In this document: one piece after another, positions 16,949 to 27,824 of the stretch
How the letters are laid out: each line of letters begins with the position of its first letter
Position numbering within the stretch: the first letter of the stretch is position 1
Source of the DNA: a virus
Lineage: Duplodnaviria; Caudoviricetes
IMG/VR virus record: IMGVR_UViG_3300046490_000013
Location: 1-37,483 of that record
Length of the DNA stretch: 37,483 nt
Direction: 5' to 3' (one strand)
Program-made: the position numbers and the translations under genes
The notes under the pieces: generated by a model
What the model saw: only the letters and a program-made list of their open reading frames with translations
Database searches by the model: none
What the model was told of the DNA's origin: nothing

Positions 16949-18109
16949 TTGACCAGCTCAACGAACTTCACCACGATCCAGCCGCACGCGCCGTCCTCGA
17001 CTGACTTCTACGCGCTGCCCGACAGGCTCACGGGCATGCTGACGAAGATCATCTATGTCGGAGTACCGGACCCAAAACTCAACGGGCAGAGGCGATTCTG
17101 GAACCTCGCGGGTAACCTGGCCGGCAAGGAGGGTCTGTGCCTCGCGCCTCATCTGTCGGGAATCATGCACACGCCGTTCCAGACCCTGGTGTCGGAGGGA
17201 CCGTACATGCGCGGTGCCCACTACGAACGCACCGACTGGCGCAAGCGCGAGATCAACATGGGTGTCATGGTGGGCGTCGAGTTCGAGCCTGCAACATCTT
17301 TCAGGTATCGCATGCTCGAAGAGCGTTGGTGGTCATCGTGGTCCGCTGAAGAGGACGGCTACCTTGGCGTGTTCACCCGAACGCATGGATGGCGTTGGCT
17401 GCGTGTGCGTTTGGCGGAAGAGCCGAAAGACGCGATGGAGTTGGACCCCACGGCGTTCGACAACAACTTCATGCAGTGGTCGATGACAATCATGGCGACA
17501 CAACCCTTTTGGAGAAAACGCAAAGAGATCCAGAAGTGGAACAACGCGGCACCGACGGCCACCATCTGGCAGACCATCCAAGACCTGCTCAACGACATCG
17601 TCGGAGAGTTCGAGGACATCATCGCCGGCACGCCTGGTGCCCATAACCTTGTGCCAGGCAAGGACATTGGCAAGGGCACCATCAAGATTTGGAACAACGG
17701 CAGCGAGCGAGCGTGGCCCAAGTTCCTGGTGAGCGCGCCCGGCCGCGCGTGGATTCAGGACGGCGACGGGCGCATGGTCCCGCTTCCCCTGCTGACCGGA
17801 CCCGACTACGCAGGCAATGGCGGCGACGGCTACATGCTCGTGGACACCGACCCGACGGCTCGCATGCTGACGTGTTCCACTGATCCCGTCGATCCGCTGT
17901 TCTTCCAATTGGCAAGGCGCAGCATGATTCTCGACTTCCTGCTGCATGACACTCTGGTGTCCACGCTGCCGGTGTGGCGTCGATCCAACCAGCGGTTCAT
18001 GGTGCCCTACGCGCCGCACACTCTGCATCACATCACGGTCTACCATTCAGATCCAACCGGCTCGATCACTTGCATCATGCCGCAGGAATTCGATAGAGCC
18101 TACGGCTGA
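16949..18109 (+). CDS. Minor tail protein (distal tail / Dit-like)
   Basis: First gene after tape measure. FWNLAG..AGKEG, HGWRWLRVRL and N.G...AWPKF motifs. TTG 16949 follows AGGGG; track start 16925. Confidence 0.85.
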   Translation: MTSSTNFTTIQPHAPSSTDFYALPDRLTGMLTKIIYVGVPDPKLNGQRRFWNLAGNLAGKEGLCLAPHLSGIMHTPFQTLVSEGPYMRGAHYERTDWRKREINMGVMVGVEFEPATSFRYRMLEERWWSSWSAEEDGYLGVFTRTHGWRWLRVRLAEEPKDAMELDPTAFDNNFMQWSMTIMATQPFWRKRKEIQKWNNAAPTATIWQTIQDLLNDIVGEFEDIIAGTPGAHNLVPGKDIGKGTIKIWNNGSERAWPKFLVSAPGRAWIQDGDGRMVPLPLLTGPDYAGNGGDGYMLVDTDPTARMLTCSTDPVDPLFFQLARRSMILDFLLHDTLVSTLPVWRRSNQRFMVPYAPHTLHHITVYHSDPTGSITCIMPQEFDRAYG

Positions 18110-18121
18110 GAGCGAGAACCC

Positions 18122-19942
18122 ATGAGCCGCACCAACATCTACATGCCTGAGATGCCCGACAAGGTCATCGCCGCCGACGGTGTGCCAGACCCCAAGGCGA
18201 GCGCACTGGAGTCCTACCGATACCTCGAAGCCCGGCGGCAGACGATCAACGACTCGATGCGCCAGCGTCCTCTACTTCGCCTGTGGGACAAGGACATGAA
18301 GTACATCGGCCAGATCGCTCAGGAGAAGAGCGTGCAGGTCGAGGAAGTCATGTCCGACTCCGGTGGCGCGAGTGTCGTTGTGCGGCGCGACAACTGGCTG
18401 TCCGACACGATCCTGTACGACCGTCGCTCAGTCGAGGATCTTCACCTGACGCTGGACCCGAATCCGACTGCGCCGCACTGGAAAACGCGCTGGGGGGGAA
18501 AGATTACTGCGGTCAACGCCAAGCGCGGTGCCGACGGCCTTCATACGGTCGAGCTTGAGGCCGTCTCAAATCGGGAGCATCTGAAGCACATCCTTTGTGC
18601 CGCAACACCTTTCAGCCCTCCTGAGTTTCAGCCGCTGAAGATGTGGATGCTGCCCTGGAACTGCCGCACCGCGCTGACGATCTCGCTCTGGATCAACCTG
18701 TGCCGGCAGTACGAGCCGTTCCTTTCGATCCCGACGAACATTCTAAATCCCATGTCCTGGTTGACAACTCGCGTCGGCGACATCTCGCCCCTCAATTGGC
18801 CTGTGCAGCCTCAGTACATCAATCCGTTGACCGACGGCAGCCGCACCGAGATCTTCACGTCTCGATGGAGTGACTTCCACACGTCGAGTTCTGACATGCT
18901 GGACGATGCAGGCTGTATCTGGAAAGCGTATACCTGGCTGGAAGAAGATGAGGAGTCTCCGCATCCCGAGCTAGCAAACATCGGGACAGACATCCCCGCG
19001 TGGCTTGGCGGGAACATCATTCACGGCATTGCTGAGCGCATGACCCGGCCCAGTCGCAACTGTGTAATTTTGGCGGTCGAGGATAAGAGCGGAATCACCG
19101 GTCCCACAGGCACTTTGATCGATGGGCCGATAAATTTGATCGCCTCAACAGCAGACGATCTGATCACCGACACGCTCATTCCCGAATACGACGTGAACGG
19201 AGACGGCCAGACAGACCCGCTTATAGCAAAGTGGTTTGGGGTTGCGCCGGCACCTCCGTGGGTGGTGTTCCGCGATGGTGACTACAGCGCAATTGTGGAG
19301 TCGCAGAGGTCAATTCACGGCTCGACCGCGAGAAGCATTGTGGTAGGCGGTCATTCGCCGGGTTGGCTCAACGAGTTGCAGACGTTCGGGATCAAGTACG
19401 GCTTGTCCCAGATCCAAACAGCAATGGCCGATGGACAATTCCACGTCGAGGGGCCGGCTCCAGTCGGATCGGGTTTAGAGGAATGTTATCAAGGCCAGCT
19501 CGATGATATTGCGTTCAGCTACCAGAGATACACAGATCCGTTGCGCGCCTTGCAAGCTGGAGACTATGCGTTCCTCGAACTGTTCGCCCAAGGATCGGGC
19601 GGATCGGCCTACACCGTGTCCGGTGAACTGGATATCCGTTCGGGACAATGGAAGTCGCGTCCGTTCACCGCGTTCAAGGTGTCGGTTCGAAACGGCTTCC
19701 CGTGGGTGGCTCAACTCGACTTCACGTTGGGCGACAGATGCGCGTTCGAAATGGCGAATATCCTTCATGTAGACCAAGTTTCGGCCATTCGCTACCTGTG
19801 GGATAAAGACTCGCCCGTTAGAGTTGAACTGGCCATCGGCACTAAATCGCAGGAGGACGACCCCGTGGGCAAGGCAGTTCGGTCACTCGCCGGCTTCTGG
19901 AACATGTTCGGCGCGTTCGCCGGATCGCAGAGCCTGTTCTGA
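18122..19942 (+). CDS. Minor tail protein (baseplate hub / Tal-like)
   Basis: 606 aa. RPLLRLWDKDM, RWGGKI, VVGGHSPGWLN and DFTLGDR motifs. Confidence 0.88.
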   Translation: MSRTNIYMPEMPDKVIAADGVPDPKASALESYRYLEARRQTINDSMRQRPLLRLWDKDMKYIGQIAQEKSVQVEEVMSDSGGASVVVRRDNWLSDTILYDRRSVEDLHLTLDPNPTAPHWKTRWGGKITAVNAKRGADGLHTVELEAVSNREHLKHILCAATPFSPPEFQPLKMWMLPWNCRTALTISLWINLCRQYEPFLSIPTNILNPMSWLTTRVGDISPLNWPVQPQYINPLTDGSRTEIFTSRWSDFHTSSSDMLDDAGCIWKAYTWLEEDEESPHPELANIGTDIPAWLGGNIIHGIAERMTRPSRNCVILAVEDKSGITGPTGTLIDGPINLIASTADDLITDTLIPEYDVNGDGQTDPLIAKWFGVAPAPPWVVFRDGDYSAIVESQRSIHGSTARSIVVGGHSPGWLNELQTFGIKYGLSQIQTAMADGQFHVEGPAPVGSGLEECYQGQLDDIAFSYQRYTDPLRALQAGDYAFLELFAQGSGGSAYTVSGELDIRSGQWKSRPFTAFKVSVRNGFPWVAQLDFTLGDRCAFEMANILHVDQVSAIRYLWDKDSPVRVELAIGTKSQEDDPVGKAVRSLAGFWNMFGAFAGSQSLF

Positions 19943-20445
19943 TGAGCATCCTCGATCAGTACCGGGAATCCTTGGAGCAGGCCAAGATCGGCGACAAGGA
20001 AAAGAACGAGGCACTGCTGGGCCTTCTTCTCGACCTCACCTACCCAGAGGCGAAGGACGGGACGCGCGTCGACCTCACGGCATTCAAGTCGATCATCGCC
20101 TATCACCTTGTACGGTGCGGCTGGAGGATGGACCCAGAGAAGCGAGAGATCAAGTCCCGCAAGGTGACCGCTCGCGGGATCTATGTCGACGCCATCGAGT
20201 GGGTGCCGATGAACTTCCCCGACGATCCGCTGGCCAACCTGGCCGACATGACGATGGCCGAGATCAACGCTCTGCCACCGGGCCTAAAAGCTGAAGCGAT
20301 GCAACGGCTTACGGGTGAAGTGCTGCCCGAGCTTCCCGACAACCAGGGATGGCACGTCGAGACGAGCATCCGCATCGAAGATGACCCCACCGAGCCTGAC
20401 GACGGCTTCGAGTGGACTAACGAAAGGCCAAGGGCCACAACATGA
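19942..20445 (+). CDS. Minor tail region protein (DUF2744-like)
   Basis: 167 aa. IAYHLVRCGWR...IK.R...WVP...PDDPL; conserved position after the hub gene. Confidence 0.75.
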   Translation: MSILDQYRESLEQAKIGDKEKNEALLGLLLDLTYPEAKDGTRVDLTAFKSIIAYHLVRCGWRMDPEKREIKSRKVTARGIYVDAIEWVPMNFPDDPLANLADMTMAEINALPPGLKAEAMQRLTGEVLPELPDNQGWHVETSIRIEDDPTEPDDGFEWTNERPRATT

Positions 20446-21524
20446 CAACTCCCGACCCCGGCGAAAGTATCTATCTAGGAAGCCTTTTCGCCAACCTGCA
20501 CTTCTTTGGTGTCGTGTCCGACCTGGACACGCCGGCCATGATGTCGTGCTCGATGGAGGCCAGCGGTGTCGACGGCACCGTCACGATGGACGCTCTCGTT
20601 GGGCCGCAAGGTGTCCCAGGTGAGCCGTGCCCAGTGATCAAGCTGGAGTACGGATCTCTGATCGACAACGTCGATGACCTGCCCATCGATTTGCAGAACA
20701 TCGACCTCGACATCGGGCGCACATGGTGGATCGGTAACAACGTCTACATCTGGGCCGGTGAAGACTGGATGATCCGCCAGATGGGCACGCCCGGTCCTCC
20801 CGGTCCTGTCCCGCACATCACGCCGAGCTTCGAACTGGTCGACACCGCGAACGAAATCGTCACCAGCGGAACGGCTTTGAATCCCGGCTGGCTCCTGAAG
20901 ATCAACAAGGAAGAGATACGCGGACCAGAGGGCAACGGAACCCGCATCCGCAACTCAGCCGACTACGACAACTCCATCGCGCCGGTCATGGGCGAAGCCA
21001 TCGTGTGGAACGGAACGCATTACGCGCCAGGGCAATTCGATCTGGTTGCCGTCCGCACCTACTCCGTCCCAGAGGCCGCGTTCACGTCGTTCACGTCGAT
21101 CACGTCGAGGCAGCAGATCGTCGCATTCGCTGTTCCCCCACAGCCTTTCGACTGGAAGCCCATCGTGTTCGGTCAGGTCCGCGTGGTGGGCGTCGAGCTT
21201 GATCTCGACCCTCTCATCATCGGCTGCGAGGTGCGCCTGGGCAACGTGGCATCCGGCACTCTCGTCGCTCGCGGGTTCGGCAACATCTCGACGTGGACGA
21301 CGATGGTTCCGCACTTCTCGACGCCGTCCTCGTCTCACGATGCGATCACTCCAGAAAACGCGACAGCCGTTGTGCCGGCGTACCATTCGGGCACTGAGGG
21401 CACGATCTACGCCAGCGTTTTCAACGACGGTTCGTTCGGCGCGTACAACTTCGACAAGCGCAACGCGCAGCTTCTGGTCATGGTGGTTCCCGTATCGAAC
21501 TACCAGACTTTCTCTGGGAGTTAG
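20442..21524 (+). CDS. Minor tail protein with short collagen-like segments
   Basis: 360 aa. GPQGVPGEP, GTPGPPGPVP, YSVPEAAF, PPQPFDWKP and LVARGFGN motifs. Confidence 0.85.
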   Translation: MTTPDPGESIYLGSLFANLHFFGVVSDLDTPAMMSCSMEASGVDGTVTMDALVGPQGVPGEPCPVIKLEYGSLIDNVDDLPIDLQNIDLDIGRTWWIGNNVYIWAGEDWMIRQMGTPGPPGPVPHITPSFELVDTANEIVTSGTALNPGWLLKINKEEIRGPEGNGTRIRNSADYDNSIAPVMGEAIVWNGTHYAPGQFDLVAVRTYSVPEAAFTSFTSITSRQQIVAFAVPPQPFDWKPIVFGQVRVVGVELDLDPLIIGCEVRLGNVASGTLVARGFGNISTWTTMVPHFSTPSSSHDAITPENATAVVPAYHSGTEGTIYASVFNDGSFGAYNFDKRNAQLLVMVVPVSNYQTFSGS

Positions 21525-21527
21525 CCC

Positions 21528-23741
21528 ATGCCAAGAGCTTTCGACACCGGGACGCTCGTCGCCCTGTATGACCCCAACCGGTCAGACATCAACATCAAGG
21601 ACATCCGGCCTCATCACGATCTGGCTGAGATGCTCCTTGAGGGCATCGAGTGGATGTTCGATGTCATCGTGTCGGAGTTGGGCAAGGTTCTGGGATTCGA
21701 CTTCACTCAGTTCCTGCTCGATGTCAAGAAGATCGTCACCAACGTCGAGCGTCTCTTTGGTGACCTGAATCCCCTTGGCGGAACATTCAATCCGATCGAT
21801 GCCATCGAGACGTTGATCAGCGTCATCCGCGACACTCTCGTCACTCTGCCGATTGATCTCATCAACGGGCTGCCTGCGTTCATCGCCAACGTGACGACCA
21901 ACATCGAGACTCTCTTCCAGGGACTCGTCGGATTCGTTGAGGGCATACCGATTCTGGGCCAGATCGTGGAAGCCATCCTGGGTATACCCGGCGATCTGGT
22001 GAACCTGGCGACGTGGGCCGTCGATGTCCTCACCGGGAAGTCACCTCTGTTCTCTGGCAACCTCTTTGGGCAGATCGAGGCCGGCATCATCGGACTCATT
22101 CCCGGCGCGCACGTCGCAGAGGTCAGCCCAAACCTGTTGACAGACGGCGACTTTCCCGATGCAGCGACCCTGGCTGGTGACAGCGTGTGGACGTGGGACG
22201 GCACGCAGGGCCACACCTACCACGGCTGCGCGAGCGTGGTCTGCGACGGCACCGTCAAGGATCTGTCCTCCGATCTGATTCACGTCGCCAAGGGTCACGT
22301 CCTGGCTGGGTCTGCGTGGGTCATGTGGAGCGGTTTGACGTTCACCGCAGGCACGCATCCGATCCGATTGAAACTCAGCCTGTACCAGAACACCGGAACA
22401 TCAAGCCGCCCAGCCTATTCACTGGTGGGCAACCCAGACCTGGCCTACGATTCCAGCGGCCTAGCCGGCTCAGGGTGGCGTCAACTGACGGGAACCTACA
22501 CAGTGCCCGACGGCGTCGACGCCGTGCGCCTGGTGCCGCATGTGGATGCCTCTGCGACACTGGGCACCGTCAAGTGGGATGACCTGTCGCTCGTCAAGAC
22601 CCAGAAGATGTCGCTGGGCATGCTCGACGGCCTGACCGACATCATCGGAGGGATCTGGTCTTTCCTGCAAGACCTCGTGGACGGCATCACGTCGGCGATC
22701 CGCTTGATCCCCATCGTCGGTGCCCCTCTCGCGGATGCCCTTACGGCACTTGAGGATCTGGTGGGCCTGACACACGGCACGGCGGTCACCGCTGACGGTG
22801 CGGTCAACGCCCACAACGATCTTCTGGGCAACCTGCTCAACTACCCCGAGCATGTCATCGGAGAACTGACCGACGACCTCATCCCCGGCATCGGCCAGAC
22901 CCTGACGAACATCTGGGCAGGACTCACCGGGCACACCGCCGACATGCAAGTGAGTCATGCTTCAGCGCAAGGGGTTCTGGAGCACAGCGCGGCGGCGATG
23001 ACGGCGGCGCAGGCCGAGATCACGCTGCTGAAGGCGAGCCTGACGGGCGGCACCTCGGCGCAGGATACGTTCAGCCGCACCGAATCCACTCCCGGCACCA
23101 ACTGGGCCTCGATGCCCGTCGGCTCGACCGTGTTCTACCCGCACACCGGACAGGGCCAGCCACAGACCGACGGCAACAACCTGTTCTGGAACGACTACGG
23201 CAACACCTCGAACACCAAGCTGCTGAGATGGACAGGGCCGGGCCAACATTCACTGGGCAGGTTCCAGGCCGTGTCCATCGTTCTCAGCAGCCAGGGCGAA
23301 GATCCTTTCCTGGGCAAGACATCCGGCGATCAGATCCTCGCGCGGGTGTCCGACGACGGCCTGAATTACATTCGCCTGCAAGCCAATGCGTATGTCGGCA
23401 ACTCCGGTGATCCCTCGCTGCAACTGTTCTACTGCGTCGGCGGCGTCGAGACGAGGCTGTGGTGGAAAGACGTTGGGCCGGTTCCCGGTTCGGGCGCAGT
23501 CCTCACTCTGCTCGCCGGCCTGAAGGGCTACAACGACCACACCTACTCGATCATCATCAACAACAACATCATCGATAAGGTGACAGAGAATTTTCCTATA
23601 TCCTGGTGCACCTCAACACCTTCCACGATGGGCTGGGGTCTGGGCATGACAGCCGGCAACAACTTTGGCGGATTCCTGGGGTTCGGCGAGCGGCAGGCGT
23701 GCCCCGGCAAGATCAACACCTGGACAGCGCAGGATCAGTAG
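21528..23741 (+). CDS. Minor tail protein with a central carbohydrate-binding-like domain
   Basis: 737 aa. Amphipathic helical N-terminus, PNLLTDGDF...VKWDDLS beta-sandwich-like segment, QDTFSR C-terminal domain. Confidence 0.8.
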   Translation: MPRAFDTGTLVALYDPNRSDINIKDIRPHHDLAEMLLEGIEWMFDVIVSELGKVLGFDFTQFLLDVKKIVTNVERLFGDLNPLGGTFNPIDAIETLISVIRDTLVTLPIDLINGLPAFIANVTTNIETLFQGLVGFVEGIPILGQIVEAILGIPGDLVNLATWAVDVLTGKSPLFSGNLFGQIEAGIIGLIPGAHVAEVSPNLLTDGDFPDAATLAGDSVWTWDGTQGHTYHGCASVVCDGTVKDLSSDLIHVAKGHVLAGSAWVMWSGLTFTAGTHPIRLKLSLYQNTGTSSRPAYSLVGNPDLAYDSSGLAGSGWRQLTGTYTVPDGVDAVRLVPHVDASATLGTVKWDDLSLVKTQKMSLGMLDGLTDIIGGIWSFLQDLVDGITSAIRLIPIVGAPLADALTALEDLVGLTHGTAVTADGAVNAHNDLLGNLLNYPEHVIGELTDDLIPGIGQTLTNIWAGLTGHTADMQVSHASAQGVLEHSAAAMTAAQAEITLLKASLTGGTSAQDTFSRTESTPGTNWASMPVGSTVFYPHTGQGQPQTDGNNLFWNDYGNTSNTKLLRWTGPGQHSLGRFQAVSIVLSSQGEDPFLGKTSGDQILARVSDDGLNYIRLQANAYVGNSGDPSLQLFYCVGGVETRLWWKDVGPVPGSGAVLTLLAGLKGYNDHTYSIIINNNIIDKVTENFPISWCTSTPSTMGWGLGMTAGNNFGGFLGFGERQACPGKINTWTAQDQ

Positions 23742-26700
23742 ATGGCGTGGTCCTCGAAACCCAGTGACCCGCAATGGGTTCCACGGGTGGGATGGTGGGC
23801 CAATCCGACATACCCCACAAGGCCGTTCCATCCTGAGTTCTACGACCCGCACGTCGAGCGTCACACCGACGGCGGAAGCGTCGGCACACTCACCGCGACA
23901 GCCCGTATCCTGCAACGTGTTTCGGTCACGCTGGGCGGCGACGGCGCGATGGCGTTGGGAAGCGTCAAGCAGATCCAGCCTGTCGCAGCACGATTCACCG
24001 GATCGGATGTCAGCCAGACCGGCACACTGATCATCGGCCTATCGGCGTGGTCGTACTCGATGACTCCGCGTCCCGCGAGCTTCGCTGCCGGTGGCCTGCT
24101 GTCGGCGTCGGCGACCCTGCCCGGTGACGGCCTGTCCGCGTCTGCCTTCCCGGGATTCAAGGGAAACGAGCTACAGGGCAGCACGGGAACGCTTGGCGGA
24201 ACGGCGATCTCGCAGATCTACGTTGCGACGGCGTTCTTCAACTCAGAGGGCACAACACTCTACTGGCCGATCACCGCGACGGGTGGACACATCGACGGGC
24301 TGTCAGCGGCCATCGGTGCCGGCCCCGCCACAGCCGGCGATGTCAGCAGCGGGCAACTGTCCGGTAGCTCGATCAGCCAGATCTATTCTCCTGCGCCGCA
24401 ATTCGCATCGTCTGGATCGCTGTCGGCGACGGCCAAGCCTGTGTACCTGCCGGTGGTTCTGATGACCGGGACGGGCGCGCTGACGGCGGCGTCCTACGGC
24501 CAGCGCAGCGGATCTCCCACCTTCAATTCTGTTGGCACTCTGTCGATGTCATTCACCGTGGGCTACTCCGCGCCCGAATACCTCGCTGGCGCAGGGCAAT
24601 TGGCCGGAACGAGCACCCAGAAGTACGCATCGACGTGGTCACTCGCGAGCCAGGGTTCCCTGTCGGCCACCGTCACCCAGTCCTACAGTGCCGCACCGCA
24701 ACTCACATCCGACGGCGCGCTCTCGTCGCTCATCAACTCCAGCGGCGACGGGCTGTTCGCGACGGCTGTCGGGCAGATGTTGACGGGCGACACCGCGACG
24801 AGCAACGGCAACCTGGCGGCGTCGGTGTCCCAGATCTACACGCGCCCACCGGCTTTGGCGGGAAGCGGCGCGCTGGCGTCGAGCCAGTTCATCTCGCTGG
24901 CGACGGCACCAGCGTTCTCCAGCACCGGCACTCTCACGACAACCGTTGTGCCGCAACGCAATGCGCTTCCCTCGATGTCGGGCGGCGGCACACTGACGGC
25001 AACCGCTGTCCCGCAACGCAATTCGGCTCTCACGCTCAGCGGATCGGGCGCGTTCACGCCGACAACCACCCAGGCATACGGTGCGCCGGTCACGATCAAC
25101 AGCACGGGCACGCTCGCCGCTGCGGCCTACGGAATCTATTCCTTCACACCACAATTCAACAGCCAGGGATTCTTCAACCCCGGCTACTATCCAGGCTCCG
25201 ACGGCCTGTGGGCGAGCGGATACCCCAAGTACAGCCGGCCTGACATCGAGGGGTCTGACGGCACGCTGGCCGGTGTTGCTCGTATGACTCTGATGAACGC
25301 CTCGCACTCGAACATCGTGTGCGATCCCGGCTGGGAGACGCTGGGCACCTCGACGGCCTACAAGCGAAGCGGCACAAAGTCTTACGTCATCATCGGCAAC
25401 GGCGTGAGCTACATCACCAGCGTGAATTACAACGTGTCGATGAACAGCAGCAGCGCGGCTTACGATGACTGCACGCCGGGACAGCAGACCTACGCAGAGA
25501 CGTGGGTGATGGGCGACCCGGCCAACGTGCAGGCCGTGGACGGCGGAACCACTTGGGGCGTAGGGATGTTCGCCGAATTCATCGACTCGACCGGAATCAA
25601 CTCCACCACCTGGGCGGGGCAGGCACTCCTGACCACCACCGCGCTGAACGGGATCTGGACGAAGATCGGATTCACCTACACGGTTCCCGCCGGGTACAAC
25701 AAGTGCCGCGTATGGTTCGGCGTCGGGCCGACATGCAACAACGGCGAGAAGTACTACTTCGATGACCCAATCCTCCAGCCTCTCAACCTGTTTCAGGGCG
25801 GCGGCACACTCGCGGCGACGACCTCTTCGAGATACCTGGCCACCGGGAACGCAAGCAGCGCAGGGTCACTCACGGCTTCCACTGTGCGGCAATACCTTTC
25901 GCCCCTCACGCTCACCGGATCGGGCGCGCTCGTGGCCACCGGCTCGCAGATGTATCTGTTCACCGCTCCTCTGACCGGAGCAGGCGCGCTGACGCAGACG
26001 AACACCCACCAGTACTACAACCTCACTGCCGCAACGCTTTCCGGTTCGGGCGCGATCACGGCCGGCACGGTTCCGAAATTCACCGCCGACTACCTCGAAA
26101 TGTGTGACGGCGGCGGCGATTACGAGAACACCGGCATCCCGATTTACTCATGGGGCGGCGGCGCGTACTCGACTGAGCAGGCGTACACCGGAACGCATAG
26201 CTGGAAGTGGACGGCGGGTGGCACATGGAACGGGCCGTTCCTGCGGCAGTCCTCCCAGTCGATCATCGCGCCGGGGCAGCGAATTGACTTGCGTACCAAG
26301 ATCAAACCGCACGCCTCGAACACCACCACAGCGGGATACCTCGCCATCGCGGCACGGTTCTACACCGCTGCCGACAACTCCACCTACACCGACTCATCGT
26401 GGGTGACCATCGCCAACAGCGCACTGTCGGCAGGATGGAACGACCTTAACAGCCTCGGCATCATCGCCCCGGCGGGTGCCCTGTCGGTGGAGTGCTGGGT
26501 GCTGTCATCCCCCGACTCCCCTTCTGCCAACATGTATTACATCGACGCCGCGTCGGTAAGGATCAACCCGCTGTTCGGCTACGGCGTCGGAAACCTCAGT
26601 GCCGCAACAGTTTTCCCGGCGCACGCTCCGCAGGCCGACGCATACTCGACGGCAGGCGCATACAGCTACACCATCCCGTGGTGGGCCGACGCGGTGGACA

Positions 26701-27812
26701 TCGTCTGCCTGGGCGGCGGCGGCGGCGGCAACAAGGGCGGGGCCATCATCACCGGCACGGGTGGCCTGGCTGGAGCATGGCTCACGGTCACGATGACACG
26801 CGGCAGTGGAATCCCTTGGGCCACAACCACGATCACAGGCACCGTTGGTTCGGGCGGCGGCGGTGACGCTGATGGAACAGCCACTACCGCTACGGCAACC
26901 GGCATGACTTCCCAGTCGGCTGCTGGCGGTGCCCACGGTTCATACACCGGGCAGAAGCTCGGACAGGGTGCTGGCACAAGGTCTTTCGATGGACAGACCT
27001 ACACTGCCGGTGGCGACAGCGGCTCGAACGGCACGTCTCCCGGTGGTGGCGGCGCGGGTGGTAACGCCGTGTACGGCGGCGGCGGTTCTGGAGCTACTGG
27101 TGAGGTGTGGTTCTACGCCTACCAGACGGGAGTCCACCCGTGGATGTCATCCCCGGCCCTGTCGGGCGGCGGCGCATTGTCCGCGACGGCATGGGCCACA
27201 CCCGCTTGGAGCGCGGCGGCTTTGACTGGCAGTGGATCTCTCACTGCCACAGCGGTTCCCGCCGGTGCCCACTACACCGACAACTTCAACCGGGCCAACA
27301 GCACCACATCGCTGGGCGCAGGCTGGACGAACCGTTCGTCCAACATGGGCATTTACAGCAACACCGCTTACTGCCCTGGCATGTACGTCCTTGGGGCAGC
27401 CACCTACGACACATCGCTGCTGACCGACAACATGAGTGTGTCCGTTACCGGCACCGGCAGCGTGTACCCCATGATGGGGTTTCTGGGATGCAACACCGTC
27501 GGGCAGGGAGCGTGCATCTATGTCACCGGGACCACGGTCTACATTATGTACCAAGACGTTTGGGCCAACATTGCCGTCACCTATCCGGTGACCAACACCG
27601 CACCAGCGAACAACAACGGCGACGTGTTCACACTGTCGCGAACCGGCAACGTCTACACCACGAAACGCAACGGAGTTGCATTCGGATCAACGTGGACCGA
27701 CTCTGGAAACATCGTGCCCCGCAACTCAACTCACCGACTGTGCGGTGTAGGGGCATACGGCTACGGAAGCGGGCTGCTGGTGGTCGACGCTTGGGCCGCT
27801 GATGACATCTAG
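23742..27812 (+). CDS. Large repetitive tail fibre / minor tail protein
   Basis: 1356 aa, Ser/Thr/Gly/Ala-rich. Many ~24-aa LxGxGxLxA...QxY repeats, two inserted CBM-like domains, a glycine-rich domain (YTIPWWADAVDIVCLGGGGGG) and a YTDNFNRAN C-terminal domain. Confidence 0.8.
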   Translation: MAWSSKPSDPQWVPRVGWWANPTYPTRPFHPEFYDPHVERHTDGGSVGTLTATARILQRVSVTLGGDGAMALGSVKQIQPVAARFTGSDVSQTGTLIIGLSAWSYSMTPRPASFAAGGLLSASATLPGDGLSASAFPGFKGNELQGSTGTLGGTAISQIYVATAFFNSEGTTLYWPITATGGHIDGLSAAIGAGPATAGDVSSGQLSGSSISQIYSPAPQFASSGSLSATAKPVYLPVVLMTGTGALTAASYGQRSGSPTFNSVGTLSMSFTVGYSAPEYLAGAGQLAGTSTQKYASTWSLASQGSLSATVTQSYSAAPQLTSDGALSSLINSSGDGLFATAVGQMLTGDTATSNGNLAASVSQIYTRPPALAGSGALASSQFISLATAPAFSSTGTLTTTVVPQRNALPSMSGGGTLTATAVPQRNSALTLSGSGAFTPTTTQAYGAPVTINSTGTLAAAAYGIYSFTPQFNSQGFFNPGYYPGSDGLWASGYPKYSRPDIEGSDGTLAGVARMTLMNASHSNIVCDPGWETLGTSTAYKRSGTKSYVIIGNGVSYITSVNYNVSMNSSSAAYDDCTPGQQTYAETWVMGDPANVQAVDGGTTWGVGMFAEFIDSTGINSTTWAGQALLTTTALNGIWTKIGFTYTVPAGYNKCRVWFGVGPTCNNGEKYYFDDPILQPLNLFQGGGTLAATTSSRYLATGNASSAGSLTASTVRQYLSPLTLTGSGALVATGSQMYLFTAPLTGAGALTQTNTHQYYNLTAATLSGSGAITAGTVPKFTADYLEMCDGGGDYENTGIPIYSWGGGAYSTEQAYTGTHSWKWTAGGTWNGPFLRQSSQSIIAPGQRIDLRTKIKPHASNTTTAGYLAIAARFYTAADNSTYTDSSWVTIANSALSAGWNDLNSLGIIAPAGALSVECWVLSSPDSPSANMYYIDAASVRINPLFGYGVGNLSAATVFPAHAPQADAYSTAGAYSYTIPWWADAVDIVCLGGGGGGNKGGAIITGTGGLAGAWLTVTMTRGSGIPWATTTITGTVGSGGGGDADGTATTATATGMTSQSAAGGAHGSYTGQKLGQGAGTRSFDGQTYTAGGDSGSNGTSPGGGGAGGNAVYGGGGSGATGEVWFYAYQTGVHPWMSSPALSGGGALSATAWATPAWSAAALTGSGSLTATAVPAGAHYTDNFNRANSTTSLGAGWTNRSSNMGIYSNTAYCPGMYVLGAATYDTSLLTDNMSVSVTGTGSVYPMMGFLGCNTVGQGACIYVTGTTVYIMYQDVWANIAVTYPVTNTAPANNNGDVFTLSRTGNVYTTKRNGVAFGSTWTDSGNIVPRNSTHRLCGVGAYGYGSGLLVVDAWAADDI

Positions 27813-27824
27813 GATGGAGCCAAC